Source: an uncultured Mycoplasmatota bacterium (lineage in GTDB: Bacteria; Bacillota_I; Bacilli_A; RF39; UBA660). From it: DNA of 43,423 nucleotides. The notes beneath the pieces are model-generated. The model was given only the letters and a program-made list of their open reading frames with translations, was not told the origin of the DNA and did no database searches. Positions within the stretch are counted from its first letter, which is position 1; each line of letters begins with the position of its first letter. Location: the NCBI GenBank assembly GCA_947569245.1, contig CANORV010000002.1:1-43423 (forward strand), in the 5' to 3' direction. This document shows, piece after piece, positions 37,708 through 43,423 of the stretch. Made by a program: the position numbers and the translations under genes.

Positions 37708-38102
37708 TAGTCCTCAAAGTATTTATACATTGGTCTTGCTTCGTATGTTTGATTTTTAGGTGTTTCTTTTGAACTGTTTAAGTCTTGTACTAAGTTTATA
37801 GCTCTAGTAAGGCCATCTACTGCTTTTTTTACAGTATCTAAATCAATCGTTTTTACCATATTGAATAATTCTTTTAAGGATGTATCCCCTAAAAGTGATT
37901 GTTGTTTTGTGTAAGTATTGTTTGATGAAGTAGAGAAGTTATTTTGGGTGTTGTCTTTTAAAAATGGAGTCCAAACTGAACTATTTTCACCATACACATC
38001 GTACATTTCATAGAATTTTTGCCACGTCATACTATTATTGTTAATATGTTCTAGTAATGATGGGTTGTTTCTTACAAAAACTTTAAATGTTTCTTTAGAC
38101 AT
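37707..38102 (-). CDS. ylbD: YlbD-like putative spore coat protein
   Basis: The segment FKVFVRNNPSLLEHINNNSMTWQKFYEMYDVYGENSSVW resembles the YlbD N-terminal region. The ATG at 38102 is preferred because AGGTGA lies 5 nt upstream. Confidence 0.55.
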   Translation of the reverse strand: MSKETFKVFVRNNPSLLEHINNNSMTWQKFYEMYDVYGENSSVWTPFLKDNTQNNFSTSSNNTYTKQQSLLGDTSLKELFNMVKTIDLDTVKKAVDGLTRAINLVQDLNSSKETPKNQTYEARPMYKYFED

Positions 38103-38155
38103 TTTCATCACCTAGTTAATTATATGCAAAAGGTATGATTAAAAACCATATAAAT

Positions 38156-38185
38156 AGAAAAAGAATAATCTTTTTTAATTATTCT
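38156..38185 (-). terminator. Rho-independent terminator after parC
   Basis: Perfect 8-bp stem AGAATAAT / ATTATTCT, followed on the minus strand by TTTTTC. Confidence 0.6.
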
Positions 38186-38188
38186 TTA

Positions 38189-40804
38189 TTAAAAATCTAG
38201 AAAATCATCAATTGTCATTAATCTGTCATCTATTTCTTTTAGTGAAATTTTTTCTTTTGGCTTTTCTTTTACTGTAGATTTTATTTCACTTTTCTTTTTT
38301 TCTATTGGAATTGTTTCCATATCTAAAATTGTTGTTTCTATGTTTTCTATTTCGTCTTTTATATTTAAGGTAATATCTTCTTTTTTTGTTAAATCAGAAA
38401 TTTTAAAAACATCTTTGATTTTTTCTTTTGTTATTAATGATCCAGTAGAATATCTATCTAATATTGGAATTTCACTTATTTTTAATGTTTTTATACTATC
38501 TGTTTTAAGCCCTATTAAAGCCTTATTTTCAAATACAAAAGCTTTTATAGTTCTGTAAGGAGTTGTTTTTACTTCTCTTAGTAAAAGTAGACCACGTCTA
38601 GCACGAGATGTTTTATCAAATTCATTTAAATGAACTCTTTTAGCTGTTTTTCGATCAGTAAATACGGTTAAATATTCGTCTTTTGTTTCATCGAAATTAG
38701 ATACCGAAACTACATAGTCATCAGTATTTAATTTGATTGCTTTTACTCCGCTGGTTTTTAAGCCAACTACTGGTATGTCATCTATTTCAAACCATAGACC
38801 ATAGTTCATATGTGTTGCTATAAAAATGTCATTTGAAGTAGCAATTGTTGCCATTATCAATCTATCTTCATCTTTTAGTTTCATACAAGTTATTGGCTTT
38901 GAGTAACGACTTACTTCAAATTCTTTTAAATTTGTACGTTTTATCATACCATCTCTAGTAGCAAGGATAATGTTACTTGCCACATTGAAATCAGAAACAG
39001 GTATTACACCAATTATTTGTTCTTGCTCTTCTAATTTTATAATATTACTTATATGTTTTCCAAGTTCTTTCCATTTCAAATCAGGAATAGTGTGAACTGG
39101 TACGTAAAGGTAATTACCAAGATTAGTAAATAAAAGAATTGTGTTTGTAGTGTTTATTTCAAATAGTCCTAATACATAATCATTATCTTTTAAAATAGGA
39201 CTATCTGTTGATGATTGATAACTTCTAATACTAGTTCTTTTTACATAACCATCTTTAGTTATCATGACAATAACATCTTCTTTTGGAATCATCACAGTTG
39301 TGTCTATTTTTATTTCGGTTATTTCCTCTTTTATTTCAGTTAATCTAGGTGTTTGATATTCTTTTTTTACACTACGAAGTTCATCTTTCATAACATTTTT
39401 CAAAATGTTTTCATCATCTATTATAGCTTGCAATTTTGATACAATAAGATTTAAGTTGTTTAATTCTTCTTCTAATAAAGTTACATCTGTATTAGTTAGT
39501 TTATACAATTGTAAAGTAACAATAGCTTCTGCTTGAAGTTCAGTAAAAGCAAATTCTTTAACTAAATTTATCTTAGCATCACTTTTGTTTTTACTGGCTC
39601 TAATTACTTTAATAACTTCATCTAATATTGATAGACATTTTATTAATCCTTCAACTATATGAAGTCTTGCTTTTGCTGTTAACAAATCAAAGTTAGTACG
39701 TTTTATGATAACTTCTTTTTGAAATTTAATATAAGCATCTAGAATATCTAAAAGTCCGAGTTGTCTTGGGCGTCTATTATCTATTGCAATCATATTAAAG
39801 TTATAAGTCACTTGTAAGTCGGTATTTTTTAGTAAGTAATTTAATACTAGTTCTCTATTACAGTCAGATTTTAAATCAATGGCTATTCTTAGTCCTTCTC
39901 TATCCGATTCATCTCGAACTTCAATAATTCCATCTATTTTTTTATCTATTCTTATCTCATCGATTTTACGAACTAGTTGGGCTTTGTTTACTTCAAACGG
40001 TATTTCTGTAATTACTAGAGTTAAATCTTTTTTGTTTTCTATGAATGAACTTTTAGATCTAACAATAATTCTACCACGACCGCTCTCATAAGCATTTCTA
40101 ATGCCTTCGATTCCTTCTACTATTGCTCCTGTTGGAAAATCTGGGCCTTTGACAATTTCCATAATTGTTTCTAGCTTACAATTTGGTGAATCAATTCTTT
40201 TTATTGTTGCATCGATAATTTCTCCTAGGTTATGTGGAGGAATATTAGTTGCATATCCTGCTGAGATACCAGTAGCACCATTAACAATTAAATTAGGAAA
40301 GCGTGCTGGTAAAACAGTTGGTTCTGGTAATGTGTCATCAAAGTTTGGTGCCCAGGTAATTGTGTCTTTATCGATATCTTTTAATAATTCATTACTTATT
40401 TTAGAAAGCCTAGCTTCTGTATAACGCATTGCTGCTGGACTATCTCCATCCATTGAACCATTATTACCATGCATATCTATATATATAGTATTTTGTTTCC
40501 ACCACTGACTCATACGAACCATGGCATCATATATAGAAGAATCTCCATGTGGATGGTATTTACCCATAATATCTCCAACGCTTCTAGCACTTTTAACATA
40601 TGGTTTATCGTATGTGTGTTTTTCACGATACATAGAATAAAGAATTCTTCTTTGAACAGGTTTTAAACCATCACGTACGTCTGGAATAGCACGGTCTTGA
40701 ATAATATATTTTGAATATCTTCCGAAACGTTCTCCCATTATTTCTTCCAAGGAGAAGTCAATTATTTTTTCTATTATTTCTTTAGCTGTTTCTTTTTTCT
40801 TCAT
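38189..40804 (-). CDS. parC: DNA topoisomerase IV subunit A (ParC) with an extended charged C-terminal tail
   Basis: Motifs YIIQDRAIPDVRDGLKPVQRRILY and GKYHPHGDSSIYDAMVRMSQ, with the catalytic Tyr context AAMRYTEARL. No GyrA-box (QRRGGKG) is present in the C-terminal domain, and the gene is paired with a ParE-like gene. The ATG at 40804 is preferred because AAGGAG lies 9 nt upstream. Confidence 0.88.
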   Translation of the reverse strand: MKKKETAKEIIEKIIDFSLEEIMGERFGRYSKYIIQDRAIPDVRDGLKPVQRRILYSMYREKHTYDKPYVKSARSVGDIMGKYHPHGDSSIYDAMVRMSQWWKQNTIYIDMHGNNGSMDGDSPAAMRYTEARLSKISNELLKDIDKDTITWAPNFDDTLPEPTVLPARFPNLIVNGATGISAGYATNIPPHNLGEIIDATIKRIDSPNCKLETIMEIVKGPDFPTGAIVEGIEGIRNAYESGRGRIIVRSKSSFIENKKDLTLVITEIPFEVNKAQLVRKIDEIRIDKKIDGIIEVRDESDREGLRIAIDLKSDCNRELVLNYLLKNTDLQVTYNFNMIAIDNRRPRQLGLLDILDAYIKFQKEVIIKRTNFDLLTAKARLHIVEGLIKCLSILDEVIKVIRASKNKSDAKINLVKEFAFTELQAEAIVTLQLYKLTNTDVTLLEEELNNLNLIVSKLQAIIDDENILKNVMKDELRSVKKEYQTPRLTEIKEEITEIKIDTTVMIPKEDVIVMITKDGYVKRTSIRSYQSSTDSPILKDNDYVLGLFEINTTNTILLFTNLGNYLYVPVHTIPDLKWKELGKHISNIIKLEEQEQIIGVIPVSDFNVASNIILATRDGMIKRTNLKEFEVSRYSKPITCMKLKDEDRLIMATIATSNDIFIATHMNYGLWFEIDDIPVVGLKTSGVKAIKLNTDDYVVSVSNFDETKDEYLTVFTDRKTAKRVHLNEFDKTSRARRGLLLLREVKTTPYRTIKAFVFENKALIGLKTDSIKTLKISEIPILDRYSTGSLITKEKIKDVFKISDLTKKEDITLNIKDEIENIETTILDMETIPIEKKKSEIKSTVKEKPKEKISLKEIDDRLMTIDDFLDF

Positions 40805-40822
40805 AAAAGTCATCTCCTTATT

Positions 40823-41365
40823 TTAATTAGCAATACTACTTATATAATAACTGTCTATATTTTGACTAATCTCTTTATCTATTTCATCTATAAGAATATT
40901 ACAAGCTACTTTATATAGTTTGATTGTTTCTCTAATTGATAAAAAGGCTTTTTGATTATTTTTTTCTAGTTCTTCAATAATTTTATATGTATAATAAAGA
41001 TTAAATGCTTTATTATATGTTGAGTCTTTGATTAATTCATTTTGTTTTTCATCTAATATTACAATGTTTCTTATTTCTTTTAAATGAATATGTTTATCAT
41101 TGTCTTTTTTGATTACTCGATCAATACAATCCAGTTTTGTAAATTCTTCTTTATATTTTTCTTTTGCTTGTTCAATATATGATACTTTAATTTTTTTAAT
41201 AAACATTGGAAAAAGGAGCATAACCTGATCTATACTTGGTTTAAATAGAATGTTTTCAAGATCACTGAGTTTCATTTTGTCTTGTTCTAACATATAGAAA
41301 ATAGTAGCACCATATTCGTTTATTTCCTTTAATAAATTATATGTATCTTCATTATTTAATGCCAT
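40823..41365 (-). CDS. Hypothetical helical protein (180 aa) encoded between parE and parC
   Basis: The ORF fills the parE-parC gap almost exactly, 15 nt after the parE stop and 18 nt before the parC start. No motif is recognised. Confidence 0.5.
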   Translation of the reverse strand: MALNNEDTYNLLKEINEYGATIFYMLEQDKMKLSDLENILFKPSIDQVMLLFPMFIKKIKVSYIEQAKEKYKEEFTKLDCIDRVIKKDNDKHIHLKEIRNIVILDEKQNELIKDSTYNKAFNLYYTYKIIEELEKNNQKAFLSIRETIKLYKVACNILIDEIDKEISQNIDSYYISSIAN

Positions 41366-41380
41366 AATACTACCTACCTT

Positions 41381-43285
41381 CTATTTTATTTTATAATCGT
41401 CTTCTAAAGAGAATTCGACATTTTCTTCAATCCATTCTTTTCTTGGTTCTACATTATCTCCCATAAGAACACTCACACGTTTTTCAGCAAGAAGTGCGTC
41501 TTCTATATTAACTCTTATTAAACTTCTAGTTTGGGGATTCATTGTTGTTTCCGCAAGTTGATCAGCATTCATTTCACCCAATCCTTTGTATCTTTGAACA
41601 TCACATTTTTTACCTTTAGTTAATTCTTTCATTTCTTCAACAGTATATGCGTATAATTTTTCTTTACCTGTTTTTATTAGAAAAAGTGGTGGAAGGGCAA
41701 TATATAGACGACCATCTTCGATTAGTGGTTTCATATAGCGATAGAAAAATGTTAACAAAAGACACTGAATATGTGCTCCATCATCATCGGCATCGGTCAT
41801 AATTATTATTTTAGAATATTCGGCATCGGCAATATCAAAATTAGAACCAACTCCTGCACCGATTGTATATATCATTGTATTTATTTCTTCGTTTTTTAAA
41901 ATATCTTCCATTCTGGCTTTTTCTGTGTTAACAACTTTACCACGAAGTGGCAATATGGCTTGAAATCTACGATCTCTTCCTTGTTTTGCAGATCCACCTG
42001 CTGAGTCTCCTTCTACTAAGAATAGTTCTTTATGGGTCTTATCCTTCGATTGTGCTGGGGTTAGTTTTCCTGATAAAGCTCTTTCTTTTGGGTTTTTAGT
42101 TTTTCCTTTTCGAGCCTCTTCTCTTGCTTTTCTTGCTGCTTCTCTTGCCATTTTACTTTTTAACGATTTATCAATAATAGCAGTTGCTATTTTTTTATTT
42201 TCTTCTAAAAAAAATTGAAGTTTTTCTCCTACAACGGCCTCTACTGCCGTTCTTGCTTGAGGAGTCCCTAGTTTTGCTTTTGTTTGACCTTCAAATTGAA
42301 GTAGTGCTTCAGGAATTTTTAAGGAAATAATGGCAGTTAATCCCTCACGTACGTCACTACCTTCGAAAGCTTTTTCTTTTCCTTTTATATAGCCATTGTT
42401 TTTGGCGTAGTCATTAAAGGCTCTAGTTAAGGCTGTTTTAAAACCTACTTCATGACTTCCACCATCACTTGTTTTAACGTTATTTACAAATGATATAATA
42501 TTTTCATTATAAGTATCAGTGTATTGTAAAGCAATATCAACTTCTATCTTATCCTTAACTCCTTCAAAAGCTAAAATATTATGAAGAGTATTCTTTCCTT
42601 CATTTAGGTATTCAACAAATTGGGATAGCCCTTTTTCATAGTAAAATTTTTCTTCTTTTTTATCTTCCTCATCAACAACTTCAATTGTTAATCCTTTAAG
42701 TAAAAAGGCTGATTCTTGCATTCTTTCACAGATTGTTGTGTAAGAAAAATTAGTTGATGAAAAAATTTCATCATCTGGTAAGAATCTAACTGTAGTACCA
42801 GTTTTATTTGTTGTACCAATTTCTTTTAGTGGAACTACTACTTTTCCACCATTTTCAAAACGAATATACCATTCTTTTTTATTATTTTTTATAGTTACTT
42901 CCATCCATTTACTTAAAGCATTAACAACGCTTCCACCTACTCCGTGAAGGCCACCAGATACTTTGTAACCTGATTCTTCGAATTTACCACCAGCATGCAA
43001 AACTGTATAAATAACTTCAGGTGTTGACTTACCTGATTCATGCATTCCTGTTGGAACTCCACGACCGTGGTCTTCAATACTTATTGATTTATCTTTATGA
43101 ATGGTAATTTTTATATTATCTCCGAAACCATTAATAGCTTCATCAATTGCGTTATCTACTATTTCCCAAACAAGATGATGTAAACCTCTTTTATCTGTTG
43201 AGCCAATATACATACCAGGTCTTTTTCTAACAGCTTCTAATCCTTCTAGTATTTTTATTGAACTTGCATCATATTTTACTGCCAT
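41381..43285 (-). CDS. parE: DNA topoisomerase IV subunit B (ParE)
   Basis: GHKL ATPase motif GLHHLVWEIVDNAIDE, GLHGVG, Toprim motifs LVEGDSAGGSAKQGRDR and PLRGKV, IMTDADDDGAHI and QRYKGLGEM. The ATG at 43285 is preferred because AGGAG lies 9 nt upstream. Confidence 0.9.
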   Translation of the reverse strand: MAVKYDASSIKILEGLEAVRKRPGMYIGSTDKRGLHHLVWEIVDNAIDEAINGFGDNIKITIHKDKSISIEDHGRGVPTGMHESGKSTPEVIYTVLHAGGKFEESGYKVSGGLHGVGGSVVNALSKWMEVTIKNNKKEWYIRFENGGKVVVPLKEIGTTNKTGTTVRFLPDDEIFSSTNFSYTTICERMQESAFLLKGLTIEVVDEEDKKEEKFYYEKGLSQFVEYLNEGKNTLHNILAFEGVKDKIEVDIALQYTDTYNENIISFVNNVKTSDGGSHEVGFKTALTRAFNDYAKNNGYIKGKEKAFEGSDVREGLTAIISLKIPEALLQFEGQTKAKLGTPQARTAVEAVVGEKLQFFLEENKKIATAIIDKSLKSKMAREAARKAREEARKGKTKNPKERALSGKLTPAQSKDKTHKELFLVEGDSAGGSAKQGRDRRFQAILPLRGKVVNTEKARMEDILKNEEINTMIYTIGAGVGSNFDIADAEYSKIIIMTDADDDGAHIQCLLLTFFYRYMKPLIEDGRLYIALPPLFLIKTGKEKLYAYTVEEMKELTKGKKCDVQRYKGLGEMNADQLAETTMNPQTRSLIRVNIEDALLAEKRVSVLMGDNVEPRKEWIEENVEFSLEDDYKIK

Positions 43286-43423
43286 TATAATCATCTCCTA
43301 GAACATTATAACAGATATTATAACGAAAAAAAAGAAGAGTGACAATATATTTACAAACTTTTTTAAAAGGTGAATTGTAAAAGTAAAAGCCAGAAAAATT
43401 TTATGTAACTATAGTGTAAGACA

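Noticed and set aside
38340-40666. Four plus-strand ORFs inside parC (38340-38558, 39879-40091, 40101-40424, 40469-40666)
   Set aside because: They are antisense shadows of parC with no start-site signals.

Overview
AT-rich (about 28-30% GC by eye) chromosomal window from an endospore-forming, low-GC Firmicute that uses the standard genetic code. All product calls rest on motif recognition and gene order, because no database search was possible. Most of the window is housekeeping: lepA-mscL-hemW, an HD hydrolase, tmk, mutS, nusB, xseA/xseB, mnmA, xerD-deoB, rarA, the CIRCE-controlled hrcA-grpE-dnaK-dnaJ operon, rsmD and parE/parC. Sporulation markers are also present: spoIVB, spoIIM, ylbJ and ylbD/E/F-like genes. 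No rRNA, tRNA or CRISPR array was seen. Six things stand out. (1) A 28-nt XerC/XerD dif-like site at 25905-25932 lies in a gene-free spacer, about 1.3 kb from the point where coding polarity flips from + to -. The window therefore probably spans the replication terminus. (2) A single DUF2726 gene is bracketed by that dif site and a degenerate, directly repeated dif-like site with the same central hexamer, which suggests a possible Xer-dependent cassette. (3) An IS110-family element sits between xseA and xseB. It has a roughly 210-nt GC-richer 5' leader (candidate bridge RNA), a 17-bp perfect inverted repeat and promoter halves split between its two ends. (4) A fragmented type IV pilus / pseudopilus-like module is present: one ATPase, two canonical prepilins and a third atypical pilin-like gene 24 kb away. 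One terminus-centred inversion would rejoin it and would also restore the Bacillus-type ylb and lepA...dnaJ neighbourhoods. (5) Tandem FGE/SUMF1-like surface-protein paralogues lie at the left edge. (6) An unannotated 31-codon hydrophobic peptide gene has a consensus promoter, RBS and terminator. An uncharacterised gene also sits inside the parE-parC operon.
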